Shown here: one piece after another, positions 8,086 through 18,692 of the stretch
Layout of the letters: each line of letters opens with the position of its first letter
Numbering within the stretch: the first letter of the stretch is position 1
Source: an uncultured Myxococcales bacterium
GTDB taxonomy: Bacteria; Myxococcota; UBA4151
Assembly (NCBI GenBank): GCA_964013405.1
Contig: CAXGWI010000060.1
Location: 1 to 19,656, forward strand
Reading direction: 5' to 3'
Length of the DNA: 19,656 nt
Notes under the pieces: model-generated
What the model was told of the DNA's origin: nothing
The model's database searches: none
Seen by the model: only the letters and a program-made list of their open reading frames with translations
Program-made: the position numbers and the translations under genes

Positions 8086-10079
8086 GCAGCCTCAGCCTCT
8101 CCCTCGTCCTGAATATAGGTACGCTCCTTATAGAAGTACGCATAGGGGACAAAGAGCAAGGCTGTGAGGAACATCATGAGGGCGAAGAACAGGTAATACT
8201 CGGTGCCGGAGATCTTCGCGGTTTGCGTGGGCTGGTCGTCGGCGACCAGTTTCACGTCGCTACCTTCAGGTTGCTCGATCAGCTTCCATTGGTAGCTGAG
8301 CTTGTCGCCGGCCAGATCATAGGAGCCACTGGCATCCAACTCGAAGAACTCGTCGAGCGTCGCCACGCCCGTTCCAGCCACTGCGATGGGCTTGAGATCT
8401 TCGGCGGTCGCCACCACATCGAGGGTTGCGCTGGCTTCTTTGGCCTCCGCCCCCTCGCCCACGGTGAAGGTCATCGCCAAGCGGTAGGCCCCCGGCTTGT
8501 CGGTGACCAACTCCGCATAGCGCCGATCGGAATGGCTCAAGCTGGCTTGACTGCCGGCCGGCTTCAAGCTGAGCTTCCAAGCGTAGCTGCGGCCGCCTTT
8601 GGCGTCGCCTTCATCCACTTGGGCAAAGACATTCACTTGCCCCCCCGGCTCAACGGCCCGAGCATGCCCGAGGTCGACGGTGGGTGGCTTGGCCTTCGCC
8701 TCTTTCGCTTCTTTCTTGCGGGCTTTGGCTTCCCGCTCTGCTTTTGCCTTCTTCTGGGATTCGCTCAGCGGCTTCACCACCTGGATGATCTGCTGAGTAT
8801 ACACCGGAGCCTTGCCATCCTCCACCTTCAACTCCACCACATAGCGGCCAGTTTTCGTCGGCGTAAATCCGGGCTGAGGATTCTGGATGAAGTGATTCAC
8901 TGCGCCCACAAAGACATTGCCCAGGCTGACACTCATCAGGAAGCAAGCCATGATCACCGACTTCATCTTCTTCGGCGCCTGAGTGTAGCTGAACTCCAAG
9001 CACGTGATGCTCACAAACACCTCGGCCGCCGTGATGATCACGTAGGCGAAGAGTTGCCAGCCGATGTTCACCACCTCGCCGGCGGCGATCTGGGTCTCGA
9101 TCCATGCAGGGATCAAAAAGGCGGGAACGGTGAGAAAGAGACCGATCCCGATTTTACGGATTGGGGTCAGCTTGAAGACCCGGTCGATGGCCGGATAAAT
9201 CCAGAATCCAAAGATCGGGATGAACACCATGATCATGATGGGGTTCACGGCTTGGATTTGGGAACTCAGCCATTCAAAGCCCAAGAAGCGCCGGTCCATC
9301 TGTTCCGCCTGCAGCACCCAGGCGGAGCCCGTCTGATCAAACAAAGCCCAGAACATAGCCACGAAGGCATAGATGACGAAGAGCTTCCCTAACGAGAAGA
9401 TCCCTTCCCTCGAAAAGACCTCCCGCACGAAGGCCATGCCGCCCGGCGGAATGTGGATGAACTTATGGCGACCCATCCAAAACACGACGGTGGCGACGCC
9501 CATCAAGAGGCCAGGGATCCCAAAGGCGAGGTGGGGCCCGTAGTTCTTTAAGAGCCAAGGGGTGAGCAGGGTCGAGGCAAAGGCACCGAGATTGATGGAG
9601 AAGTAGAACCAGCCAAAAACCTTCTCAAGCAGATGGGAATTGCTCTGACCAAACTGGTCGCCCACGTGGGCGCTGACACAGGGCTTAATCCCGCCACTGC
9701 CGATGGCGATGAGCGTGAGGCCCCACCACAAACCCATTCGAGTTTCGTCCACAGCCAGGGCGGCGTGCCCGGCACAATAGACAATGCTCAGCCAAAGGAT
9801 CGTTCGGTACTTGCCCAGAAACCAATCCGAAATCAGCGCGCCAAGAATCGGGAAGAAGTAAACAGCAGAAGTGAAGCTATGGTACCAGACCATGGCCTCT
9901 TCCCGGCTCATGGTGTCGTTGACCCCTGAACTGTCCACCAGGTACTTGGTCATGAAGACGACCAAGATGCCCTTCATGCCATAAAAACTAAAGCGTTCCG
10001 CTGCCTCGTTGCTGACGATGTAGGGAATGCCACCGGGCATCTTGTCTGTGGCGACGGGAGCGTTGCGATACGCGTTCAT
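8082..10079 (-). CDS. POT/PTR family proton-coupled oligopeptide transporter with a large inserted PKD/Ig-like region
   Basis: Signature [13 protein letters not shown] (ExxERFxYYG), [42 protein letters not shown] and [15 protein letters not shown] ~225-aa soluble insert precedes the last TM helix. Confidence 0.95.
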   Translation of the reverse strand: MNAYRNAPVATDKMPGGIPYIVSNEAAERFSFYGMKGILVVFMTKYLVDSSGVNDTMSREEAMVWYHSFTSAVYFFPILGALISDWFLGKYRTILWLSIVYCAGHAALAVDETRMGLWWGLTLIAIGSGGIKPCVSAHVGDQFGQSNSHLLEKVFGWFYFSINLGAFASTLLTPWLLKNYGPHLAFGIPGLLMGVATVVFWMGRHKFIHIPPGGMAFVREVFSREGIFSLGKLFVIYAFVAMFWALFDQTGSAWVLQAEQMDRRFLGFEWLSSQIQAVNPIMIMVFIPIFGFWIYPAIDRVFKLTPIRKIGIGLFLTVPAFLIPAWIETQIAAGEVVNIGWQLFAYVIITAAEVFVSITCLEFSYTQAPKKMKSVIMACFLMSVSLGNVFVGAVNHFIQNPQPGFTPTKTGRYVVELKVEDGKAPVYTQQIIQVVKPLSESQKKAKAEREAKARKKEAKEAKAKPPTVDLGHARAVEPGGQVNVFAQVDEGDAKGGRSYAWKLSLKPAGSQASLSHSDRRYAELVTDKPGAYRLAMTFTVGEGAEAKEASATLDVVATAEDLKPIAVAGTGVATLDEFFELDASGSYDLAGDKLSYQWKLIEQPEGSDVKLVADDQPTQTAKISGTEYYLFFALMMFLTALLFVPYAYFYKERTYIQDEGEAEAA

Positions 10080-10223
10080 AAGATTCCTCGCTTGCCCGCC
10101 CCCCTAGCGCCTAGAACCTAGAGGCACCAGCACTGTTGAAGGCCCACTGACCATGAAGACCCGGCCGATCCACGGAACCTGCCCCTCTTCACGCTTCAAT
10201 GATCAAGGCAGGCTGGGAACTAT

Positions 10224-13200
10224 CTACCAGTCTTCAACGGACCAAAGGTAAGCAAAATATGTCGTGTTAGGATTCCACGTCCCATTCAAAACACCATGGC
10301 GACTGTAACCCCAGCACCGGAATTCACCCCGATCAAGGAGACGGCCGCAATTGGCGTACTCGGCAGACCAGACCCGATCGTAGGCCACGCCCTGGGGCTG
10401 CACGGGGGCTGGCACAGGCTGGCTGTTACCCGGTAATTCTTCCCCTCGTCCGAGGCGGCCCGATTCCTCGTAGCCCCAACAAAGGATGTCATGGGAACCA
10501 TCCACTGCGCAGGCATGACCTCTTCCCACCGAGAGATCCGTCACCCCGGACAGCCCCTCCACCAGACCCCAAGGAACAGTGCTTCCTTCCTCTACCGGGC
10601 GTCCGGACTGTCCGTATTGGTTTCTGCCCGAACAAAACACCGTGCCTGCCTCAGTACGACCGCAAAGAAAGTCCTCGCCGATGCCAAAGTCGGCCAGATC
10701 ATCCAAAAGCGACAGGTGAATGGGGTCCGCCGCTGCGCCCCAAAGCGTTCGGGAGGGAAAAGGCGTCTCTTCAACTTCCCCATCCAACGCACCGGAACTG
10801 GGCATTCCTTTTAAGTAGCCAAAGCAGCGTGTGCTTTCATCTTCGAGGCGCACACAACCTCTGCCATGCCAGATTTTGAATGAGACCGCTCGCAACTCAC
10901 CTTCACCGGACCCAACGCCTCTGAGCCGCATGGCTGGCGCAGAATCTGAGCTATGAAGTCCGGCCGCCTTATAGCCCCAGCACCAAACCTCTCCAGACTC
11001 GGTTCGCACACAATTACTCCACCGGCCTGATTGCAACTCCACGATCCCATCCGGCAAATCCAGAACCTGTGCGGGGAAACGAGCATGAACCGTACGATTC
11101 GGCCCCAACTGACGGTAGTGATTGTCCCCCCAGCACCAAACAACCCCCGCTTCAGTCAGAGCGCAGGTATGTTCGGAACCCACGGCCACCTGCCGAACCG
11201 GTCCGAGATGATCCAGGCGAGTCCGCAGAGACTTTCTAAAGGTCCCGTCACACCGGCCGGGATAATTACCATGACCTAACTGACATTGGTCGTTGTAACC
11301 CCAGCACGACAACACACCCCCTTGATCGATCACGCAACCATGGTTCTTACCGAGTTGCAGTTCGGCATACCGATTTCGACAGGTATTGGGGCAGCGGTCC
11401 TCATCAACATCATTGCCGTCGTCACAGTCTTCACCAGGATCGAGAACACCATCACCACAGACTGCTCCGCACTCTCCACTCCAACCATTCACATCCAATA
11501 AGGGGCCTGGATCAAAACGCTCTGGGGCCTCGACAACACCATCACCACAACCTGGTCGACGTTGACTTAATCGGGTGACAAAAAGCTCTTGGTGATTCCT
11601 CCAGAAAGTCGCCGCCGAATCCAAATGATCAGGCTGGGCCATGACATGGTCACCAAAGGGTGTGGCCAAATGCCCACCTTTTCCGGAGCCACACCAATAG
11701 TCGTCAAGACATGCCCCAAGACTGCTGTCATCTAGATTCACCAAAGAGAGCGCATAGGTTGGCCGTCGATGCTGAACCAGCATCTGCCGACCATTGGGGC
11801 TCACCCGTAAGCGATCCACCTCCTCGATGGACCATGCCCGAAGATAGTCTCCGGAGAGGGTGATTTGCTGCAACGGCTCTCGCGAGCACGCAACCAGCAA
11901 ACTCGCCTCGGCAGCCGCTGTCGCTGGCACAAAACGAAGGCTGGTGATCTCTGCATTGGGGTTGCGCTTACAGGGCCGGAGATCATGCATCAAAGCACCA
12001 TCCTGGCCCTCATAGATTCGAACCTTCGATGTGTGTGAAGACACTGCGACCCAACGGCCGTCGGGACTCAGATCCACAAGTCCCCGCCCGTCGTCGTGGG
12101 GCCGAGGTTGGCTCCACAAGACTTCCCCCGTACTCAATCGCAGCAAGATGACTCTGTCGTCCGAATCGACATTGTCCACCCGCAATCCTTCAGCCAGCGC
12201 GACGACCAGATCAAGCTCGGGCTCACCGGTCAGAGATTTGACCGCACTCACACCCAAGGTATTCCGGCTTGAGACCTCCCAAGCCGTCACCGGCACATCC
12301 GGCCGCAGGTCGACAGCCCTCAGATTATCAGCCCGATACCGGTTTCTAATGCCCACCAGAATGGAACCATCAGCAGACCAAGCAAAATGAGTTCGACTAT
12401 GGAATTCAAAGTCTCTGACCACAGCCCCGCGATCCACCACATCCGATTGGGTCAGATCCGCAACGAGGAGATGGTCGTCACCCAAGAGCAGCATCTGTCG
12501 CCCGTCACTCCTCAAAACGGCCGCGTTGCTGCGCAGCGATGGGCGTTCCCAGTTGTAGACTTCGGGCTCGCGCTCGGAGAGGGGAGAATAGGTATGAAGA
12601 TAAGCCTCTCTCCGATGGCTTTCTGTACCGAAGGTCATAATTGCGGGGGATCGACCGCCCCACGAGTAATCAGCGACATAAAAAGCCTGGCTGCCATCGG
12701 GATGAAACATAATGTCCAGAGCCGGGTGACGACTCACGGCTCCATTGGGCTCCCCGTCAAGTCTGTAGACCCCTTTATGGAACTGTGTCTCCTTCGTCAG
12801 GCTGCCAAGGGGGTCAGCCAACGGGGTGTAGCCATGATCGTTCAGCGCACCCCATCCTGCTGCCAGGCCTTCAAGGCGCCGGCCGATCGTCGCCTGTGGA
12901 TCTCCGGCGAACGGGTTGCCCTGAAATTCGATGGTGCTCTGGTACGAGACCCCACGTGATGGGTTTTCACAACCGTAGCCGTTGTAGGCGTAACAGAGAC
13001 TAATTCGCCGCGGATTTTCGCTGAGCGTGATCCCGTGGGGTGCTCGCCGCCGTGACTCCTCGTTCAAGTAAAGGGCCACAGGCGCCTCAAAATAAGGTGC
13101 TTCTCGGGTCCCTTTAAAGGCCAACAGGCGAGGGACGGGGTTGGCTGCACTGGTGTTCGTCGGCACCAAAACATCGGGCGTGCCGTCATCATCGAAGTCG

Positions 13201-16200
13201 CGCACAATGCACGCTGTGCCCGGACGGGTGTAGCCCGAATAGGGCCATTCATTGGTCGCGCAATTATCGGAACCATCGTCCCGCATCTGACAGTGCCAGG
13301 TTCGCAGGGTCTGCAGATCCGGTCGATAAGGCAGTCGACCCGCTTCCGTGGGATCCACAAGGGTGATAAATCCTCCTCGATCATCAACACCGCAAACGAC
13401 AATCTCCAGGTCCTCGTCATCGTCCCACTGGACCCGATGCCCACCCTTGATCTTCAAATTCCCATCCGGTCGATCAGGAGGGTTTGGAATCACAACCCGA
13501 TCACCACGCCAGTAATGAGTGGGCTCCACCCAAAAGTGGAAGATGTTCCCTAAGGTCCCGTCCTCCTGCATCAAACGCAGTGCGAAGTGTCCACCATCAA
13601 GCGTATGATCTGCATCAACATGGACCTCGTGAACTGGTGTTTGTCCTGAAAAACGCTCCCTCAATGGGAGATCACGAACGAGGGTATAGGACCAACCATG
13701 AGGCCCTGCTCGTTCGGCCCTCAACAACTGCGCACGAGTGCAATGGGCGTAAGGGTTTCCTCCGTCCTCTTCCGCCAATCCCTCGTCGTAACAAGGCCCT
13801 TCATCCACCGCCTCCCCGTTGGCCCACTCATTGGGGCGCCGAACATTCTCGGTGTAGAGGCGAAGGGTATGTCTCGATGACTGTTGTTCGATCCGCCTCG
13901 GTTCAAGATTGAGGATGTTCGCCGCATCGGCATGCCCCACGGCCAGTTCCAACCGCGGTGGATTCTCCCAGGGGGTTTCCCCCATCCAATCAGGGGTCAC
14001 TTCACAAGACCCCACACTCCGCCCACCGGCAACGCGCCAGCGTGCTCTGCCCTCGCCGTCGGTGGTCTGGACCCGGGTCTCGATCCAACAATTAATACCG
14101 TTCAAGTAGACCCTTGTACCGACCCGAGGCTGCCCTTCTCGGTCCGTAACGTTCAGCGTAATCTCTACACTATTTTCATCACCAAAGGTTTGCGGGCTCA
14201 TGACATAGGAGGTCAAACTGGCCCCCTCATGACCGGACCAGGTCCCACCCACTGGTGAACCAGCCACTTGTCCGACCTTCACAGTGCGTGTGAGTCCGGT
14301 GGCACCATGGCTCAATCGCCACGAGCACAAGGCCACTCGGGGCCCGGCTTGAAGGGGTTCGCCGTCTTCGGCACCAAACCGGACCTCACCCTCTGCGTCG
14401 GTTTGCAGGGCCCCCTCCCCGAACTGTCCACAATCAGCGGGCTCCCCGTCGATCAACTGGGCGCTGAGTCCCAAACCGGGCATGCCGCCGCCCTGTGCAT
14501 TTTCAATGCGAACTACCAACGGATCGACCGGCGCGGTGCCTACGGCCAACTCAAAGGGAATCGTTCCATCCCGGTCATCGAAGAGTCGCCGATCTCGATG
14601 ATAAACTTCAATGGCTTCTGGAACGCCTGCCCCCACCTCGAAGCGCACCTGCGTGGTCCCCTCGAAAGGCGGTTGCTCACTGGCTCCCCAAGCCTTCAAC
14701 TCAAGGGTCCCTGCCCGAGTCAAACCGGTGACCCAACTGCGAAAGACACCCAAGGCGTCGGTCCGACCATGGGTGCGGGCCAGATAGATTCCTTCGGGCA
14801 GGGCTGCCTCCGGATCATCCCCCACGCTTGTCCAATGAACGGGAATGCCGGGCACGCCATTACCTGCCTCATCCAAAACAGCGACTTCCAGAGGGCCACC
14901 GCTGCCACCAACAACGGCCCGAATGGGCGAGCCAGAGACCACCTCCATCCGGCGAGGCTCCCCGGGAATGATGTGCACGAGGAGCAATTTTTGGACCGGA
15001 CGATCCACTGCTTTAACCAAGAGCTGAATGGGCCTCCCTAAGGTGGCCATCCCTACGGCCCGTAAGCGCAGGTGAACCTGACCGGAACGACCGGTATTGA
15101 GTACCTGACCATGGAGGAAGCCATGACCGTCCTCGAAGGCCAACCACTCCTGGTGCCCCATACTCATCACCCGAAAACGAACATCCATTTCCGGCATCCG
15201 AGCACCGTTGGCATCGATGCCAGCCACCACCAAACCAAAGGGCCTCTGCCCCGGAGTGACCACTTCCGTCACCCGTGCCTCCCCATCCCCATAGACCACC
15301 AACTGGTCCACATCACTGGGAGTCACCAACACTTCGCGTTGGGCCGACAGGCGCAACTCGGGAATCGAAGCAATCAAATAGGAATCGACCACGTTGCGAT
15401 TCGGACAAATCGCCTGGGCATAGACGATGCCATCGACGCTACTACGCATCTCCGTCGGCGCAACTCCCTCTAGTTGAGTCGATGAAAACTCGACTTGGAC
15501 CCCAGCGATTCCGCCCCCACCGGCACCCACCACACGAAAGCGAGCCAAATCTGTGGGGCCTCCCGGCTGGCAGAGCAACACATCGGCACCGGCATCAAGC
15601 GCGTCGCCGGCACCATCCACGGGAAGAATTGCCACTGGTTGGCTGTCCCGTGTGTCTCCATCAAGCCGGAACTCGCCATCGCCGGCCAACATCTCTGGCT
15701 GGACCAAACCAGTCCAACGCAGTGCGAGACGCCAGGCCCCTGCCTTCGATCCCGGCAACAAACACAAGCCTTCAGCCTCCCCGTCGAGTTGCCCGGCCGA
15801 TGGGAGATCCACAGCGCCACAGTCATCTCCGGTGAGCGCCCGGAGTTGGAGTGTTTCTCCTTCAGAAATGGCGGCGGCACCGGCATCAGCGCCGGAGCCG
15901 ATGTCCGAGACCGTACCGATATCCGGAGTCACCGCGGCGTCGGCAGGCCCCTGACCGCTGTCGACAGCAGCATCGCCGGGCCGAGGCTCCCCATCCACAT
16001 CCAGACCTACCGAACCGATATCGGCGCCACCATCGGCATCCATGGGGGCAGCCCCATCCATCGCTGCGTCGGCTGCAATGCCCAGGTCTCCAACGAAACC
16101 CGCGTCCATCGGCACGCCGCCATCCGAGGGTGGGGCCGGAGGGGCAGGAGGCGGCGCGTCCGCCTCGACAGGTAGAATCTCCCAAGCCACCGGCACATCG

Positions 16201-16814
16201 TCGATCTCATTACCCCGGTCATCTCGAATGAGAAAGCGCAAGCGCATGGGACGTGGATCGTCCCGGTTCAGCCCTGGCAAGGTCCACGACCTCAAGGGAT
16301 CGGGGAACCCAGCCTTCCAGGCCTTGCTACCGACTTCATCGATGACAAAATCGATGTTGAGCGCAGCACGATCCGCCTGCAAATCAATGCTATGAACCTC
16401 ATCGACATCCGGCCGGCTGACAGCCCGCAGCCGTAGCTTTAGAACCCCCTGCGTGCCCGTCGAGAGCAAGCGGATCTCGCACTCCCCATCGCTGCGGTCG
16501 GTTCGACAACTCGAACCAAAAGGGAAGCTTGCGAGGGACTCCCAGCTTTCAGACTCCACCACCATCGCATCGATGAGCTGGTTACCCAGGGGCTGACTGG
16601 TTTGGTCGAGCAGCTTGACCCGAAGCGCTAAACGCCCACCGACGGTCACCGGTTGGTCAAGCCCGAGGGCCGTTCTCTCGTCGCCCTCACCGTAGACGAA
16701 GACTTGCAATAACTCGATGCGGTTCGGCTGCGGGCTGTCGCTGTTCTGCGGCAAACTGGGCAGGGCCGGCGTGCACGCCGCAAGCATCCCACAAACGAAG
16801 AAGCGGTGAATCAT
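10224..16814 (-). CDS. Giant (~2200 aa) multidomain predicted lipoprotein: Ig-like repeats, D/A/G-rich linker, FG-GAP motif, beta-propeller, Myxococcus Cys-rich repeats, RCC1 repeats
   Basis: ATG 16814 gives MIHRFFVCGMLAAC (lipobox LAAC); the ORF track start is 16874. Invasin/Big-like motifs (VAVLDEAGNGVPGIPVHW, TDGEGRARW), DFDDDGTPDVLV, WD40-like blades (DLSPDGRWVAV, VSPNGRQMLV), CGDGVLDPGEDCDDGN...RCPNTC and RCC1 repeats (VAVGSEHTCALTEAGVVWCWGDNHYRQLG). Confidence 0.85.
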   Translation of the reverse strand: MIHRFFVCGMLAACTPALPSLPQNSDSPQPNRIELLQVFVYGEGDERTALGLDQPVTVGGRLALRVKLLDQTSQPLGNQLIDAMVVESESWESLASFPFGSSCRTDRSDGECEIRLLSTGTQGVLKLRLRAVSRPDVDEVHSIDLQADRAALNIDFVIDEVGSKAWKAGFPDPLRSWTLPGLNRDDPRPMRLRFLIRDDRGNEIDDVPVAWEILPVEADAPPPAPPAPPSDGGVPMDAGFVGDLGIAADAAMDGAAPMDADGGADIGSVGLDVDGEPRPGDAAVDSGQGPADAAVTPDIGTVSDIGSGADAGAAAISEGETLQLRALTGDDCGAVDLPSAGQLDGEAEGLCLLPGSKAGAWRLALRWTGLVQPEMLAGDGEFRLDGDTRDSQPVAILPVDGAGDALDAGADVLLCQPGGPTDLARFRVVGAGGGGIAGVQVEFSSTQLEGVAPTEMRSSVDGIVYAQAICPNRNVVDSYLIASIPELRLSAQREVLVTPSDVDQLVVYGDGEARVTEVVTPGQRPFGLVVAGIDANGARMPEMDVRFRVMSMGHQEWLAFEDGHGFLHGQVLNTGRSGQVHLRLRAVGMATLGRPIQLLVKAVDRPVQKLLLVHIIPGEPRRMEVVSGSPIRAVVGGSGGPLEVAVLDEAGNGVPGIPVHWTSVGDDPEAALPEGIYLARTHGRTDALGVFRSWVTGLTRAGTLELKAWGASEQPPFEGTTQVRFEVGAGVPEAIEVYHRDRRLFDDRDGTIPFELAVGTAPVDPLVVRIENAQGGGMPGLGLSAQLIDGEPADCGQFGEGALQTDAEGEVRFGAEDGEPLQAGPRVALCSWRLSHGATGLTRTVKVGQVAGSPVGGTWSGHEGASLTSYVMSPQTFGDENSVEITLNVTDREGQPRVGTRVYLNGINCWIETRVQTTDGEGRARWRVAGGRSVGSCEVTPDWMGETPWENPPRLELAVGHADAANILNLEPRRIEQQSSRHTLRLYTENVRRPNEWANGEAVDEGPCYDEGLAEEDGGNPYAHCTRAQLLRAERAGPHGWSYTLVRDLPLRERFSGQTPVHEVHVDADHTLDGGHFALRLMQEDGTLGNIFHFWVEPTHYWRGDRVVIPNPPDRPDGNLKIKGGHRVQWDDDEDLEIVVCGVDDRGGFITLVDPTEAGRLPYRPDLQTLRTWHCQMRDDGSDNCATNEWPYSGYTRPGTACIVRDFDDDGTPDVLVPTNTSAANPVPRLLAFKGTREAPYFEAPVALYLNEESRRRAPHGITLSENPRRISLCYAYNGYGCENPSRGVSYQSTIEFQGNPFAGDPQATIGRRLEGLAAGWGALNDHGYTPLADPLGSLTKETQFHKGVYRLDGEPNGAVSRHPALDIMFHPDGSQAFYVADYSWGGRSPAIMTFGTESHRREAYLHTYSPLSEREPEVYNWERPSLRSNAAVLRSDGRQMLLLGDDHLLVADLTQSDVVDRGAVVRDFEFHSRTHFAWSADGSILVGIRNRYRADNLRAVDLRPDVPVTAWEVSSRNTLGVSAVKSLTGEPELDLVVALAEGLRVDNVDSDDRVILLRLSTGEVLWSQPRPHDDGRGLVDLSPDGRWVAVSSHTSKVRIYEGQDGALMHDLRPCKRNPNAEITSLRFVPATAAAEASLLVACSREPLQQITLSGDYLRAWSIEEVDRLRVSPNGRQMLVQHRRPTYALSLVNLDDSSLGACLDDYWCGSGKGGHLATPFGDHVMAQPDHLDSAATFWRNHQELFVTRLSQRRPGCGDGVVEAPERFDPGPLLDVNGWSGECGAVCGDGVLDPGEDCDDGNDVDEDRCPNTCRNRYAELQLGKNHGCVIDQGGVLSCWGYNDQCQLGHGNYPGRCDGTFRKSLRTRLDHLGPVRQVAVGSEHTCALTEAGVVWCWGDNHYRQLGPNRTVHARFPAQVLDLPDGIVELQSGRWSNCVRTESGEVWCWGYKAAGLHSSDSAPAMRLRGVGSGEGELRAVSFKIWHGRGCVRLEDESTRCFGYLKGMPSSGALDGEVEETPFPSRTLWGAAADPIHLSLLDDLADFGIGEDFLCGRTEAGTVFCSGRNQYGQSGRPVEEGSTVPWGLVEGLSGVTDLSVGRGHACAVDGSHDILCWGYEESGRLGRGEELPGNSQPVPAPVQPQGVAYDRVWSAEYANCGRLLDRGEFRCWGYSRHGVLNGTWNPNTTYFAYLWSVEDW
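10227..11370 (-). repeat. RCC1/BLIP-II repeat region (about 7 blades) in the giant protein
   Basis: Recurrent G..H.C.....G.v.CWG.N..GQLG units: LGKNHGCVIDQGGVLSCWGYN, VGSEHTC...WCWGDN, SGRWSNC...WCWGY, WHGRGC...RCFGY, IGEDFLC...FCSGRN, VGRGHAC...LCWGY, AEYANC...RCWGY. Confidence 0.85.
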
Positions 16815-16883
16815 CAAAGACTTGGTAGCCAGTGGGGACGAGGCCGCCAAGCCATTAGAAGACAAGGCAGGCAATCTTTCGCC

Positions 16884-18692
16884 CTAGACGTCGGTCTTCA
16901 GGACACTCAAAAACGCCGACTGGGGTATCTCCACCTTACCAAACTGCCGCATCCGTTTCTTCCCCTTCTTCTGCTTTTCAAGAAGCTTGCGCTTGCGGCT
17001 GATGTCACCGCCGTAACACTTCGAAGTCACGTCCTTGCGCAGGGCTGGAATCGTTTCACGGGCGATAATGCGACTGCCAATGCTGGCCTGGATCGGAATC
17101 TTGAACTGGGCTCTTGGGATTAACTCCCGCAGCTTTTTGCACAAAGCCCGGCCCCGGAAATAGGCATTATCCTTGTGCAGAATCACCGCCAACGCGTCCA
17201 CGCGCTCGCTGTTGATCAGGACATCGAGGCGAACCAGGTCGCTCTCTTCATAACCGGACAGCTCATAATCCATGGAGGCATAGCCCCGGGTGATACTCTT
17301 CAAGTGGTCGAAGAAATCGAAGACGACCTCTGCCAAGGGCAGGCGGTATTGAAGATGCACCCGATCCGAGGTGAGATATTGCAAATCCAGTTGGACCCCT
17401 CGGCGTTCCTGACACAGCTTCATGACGGAGCCGACGAACTCTTCGGGCACGTGGATGTCCGCCCGAATCATGGGCTCAAGGACCGCCTCCACCTCGTTGA
17501 GCTGGGGAAAGTCCGCCGGGTTCGAGAGCTCGCTCTCATTGCCCTCGAGATCGCGGCGGCGATACACCACCGTCGGTGCCGTGGTGAGCAAGTCCAGATT
17601 GAACTCCCGCTCCAAGCGCTCTTGAACGATCTCCATGTGCAAGAGGCCAAGAAAGCCACAACGAAAGCCAAGGCCCAAGGCAGCACTGGACTCGGGCTCC
17701 CAGACCAAGCTGGCGTCATTGAGCACCAGTTTATCGAGGGCATCTCGTAAGTCCGAGTAATCAGCCGCATCCACCGGGAAGATCCCGGCGAAAACCATCG
17801 GCTTGACCTCTTCAAAGCCGGGCACGACTTCAGTCTCGCCCTTCGAAGCCGTCAGGCAAAGGGTGTCGCCGACCTTGGCATCATGGAGATCCTTGATCCC
17901 CGCAACCACATAGCCAATCTCGCCAGTCTCAAGGTGCTGGAGTGGCTCGGCATGGGGATTGTAGGCCCCCAACTCCAGCACTTGGTGTCTGGCTTGCGTG
18001 TGCATCAGGGTGACATCATCACCAACCTTCAGCGAACCGTCCACCACCCGAACCATGAGGACAACGCCCTTGTAGGGGTCGTACCAGCTGTCGAAAATCA
18101 GGGCTCTGAAGGGGTCGGCGGGTGCGCCCTGCGGGCCAGGGAGCAGGGCCACCAGGCGCTCAAGTAAGGCTTCTACGCCGAGCCCTGTCTTTGCGGACAC
18201 ATGGAGGATCCCCTCCGTGTCGAGGCCCACGACCTCCTCGATCTCCTGGGCGACTCGGTCCGGCTCGGCTGCCGGCAGGTCGATTTTATTGAGAACAGGA
18301 ACGATCTCCAAGTCGTTCGCCACGGCCAAATAGACATTGGCCAGGGTCTGGGCCTCGACCCCTTGACTCGCGTCGACCACGAGCAGCGCACCATCGCAAG
18401 CCGCCAGACTGCGACTCACTTCGTAGCCAAAGTCCACATGCCCAGGCGTATCCACGAGGTTCAGCATATACTCCAGACCGTCCTCGGCCCGGTGGACCAG
18501 GCGAACAGCTTGAGCTTTAATCGTGATGCCCCGCTCCCGCTCGATGTCCATCTTATCAAGAAACTGTTCCCGCTCTTCCCGTTGGGTCAACGCACCGGTC
18601 GCTGCCAACAATCGGTCAGCCAAGGTCGACTTGCCGTGATCGATGTGGGCGATGATGCAGAAATTGCGAATGCGTTCCCGGGGAATACTCAA
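16884..18692 (-). CDS. lepA: Translation elongation factor 4 (LepA)
   Basis: [67 protein letters not shown] and [32 protein letters not shown] start overlaps the upstream TGA (TTGA). Confidence 0.99.
   Translation of the reverse strand: MSIPRERIRNFCIIAHIDHGKSTLADRLLAATGALTQREEREQFLDKMDIERERGITIKAQAVRLVHRAEDGLEYMLNLVDTPGHVDFGYEVSRSLAACDGALLVVDASQGVEAQTLANVYLAVANDLEIVPVLNKIDLPAAEPDRVAQEIEEVVGLDTEGILHVSAKTGLGVEALLERLVALLPGPQGAPADPFRALIFDSWYDPYKGVVLMVRVVDGSLKVGDDVTLMHTQARHQVLELGAYNPHAEPLQHLETGEIGYVVAGIKDLHDAKVGDTLCLTASKGETEVVPGFEEVKPMVFAGIFPVDAADYSDLRDALDKLVLNDASLVWEPESSAALGLGFRCGFLGLLHMEIVQERLEREFNLDLLTTAPTVVYRRRDLEGNESELSNPADFPQLNEVEAVLEPMIRADIHVPEEFVGSVMKLCQERRGVQLDLQYLTSDRVHLQYRLPLAEVVFDFFDHLKSITRGYASMDYELSGYEESDLVRLDVLINSERVDALAVILHKDNAYFRGRALCKKLRELIPRAQFKIPIQASIGSRIIARETIPALRKDVTSKCYGGDISRKRKLLEKQKKGKKRMRQFGKVEIPQSAFLSVLKTDV

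Noticed and set aside
8223..9392. 389-aa plus-strand ORF
   Set aside because: Antisense shadow of the POT gene, common in GC-rich DNA, with no recognisable motifs.
14268..16231. Several 130-257-aa plus-strand ORFs
   Set aside because: Antisense shadows of the giant lipoprotein gene.
10080..16883. Genomic island integrated at the lepA 3' end
   Set aside because: No integrase, transposase or flanking direct repeat seen, and the GC difference rests on a few spot counts.
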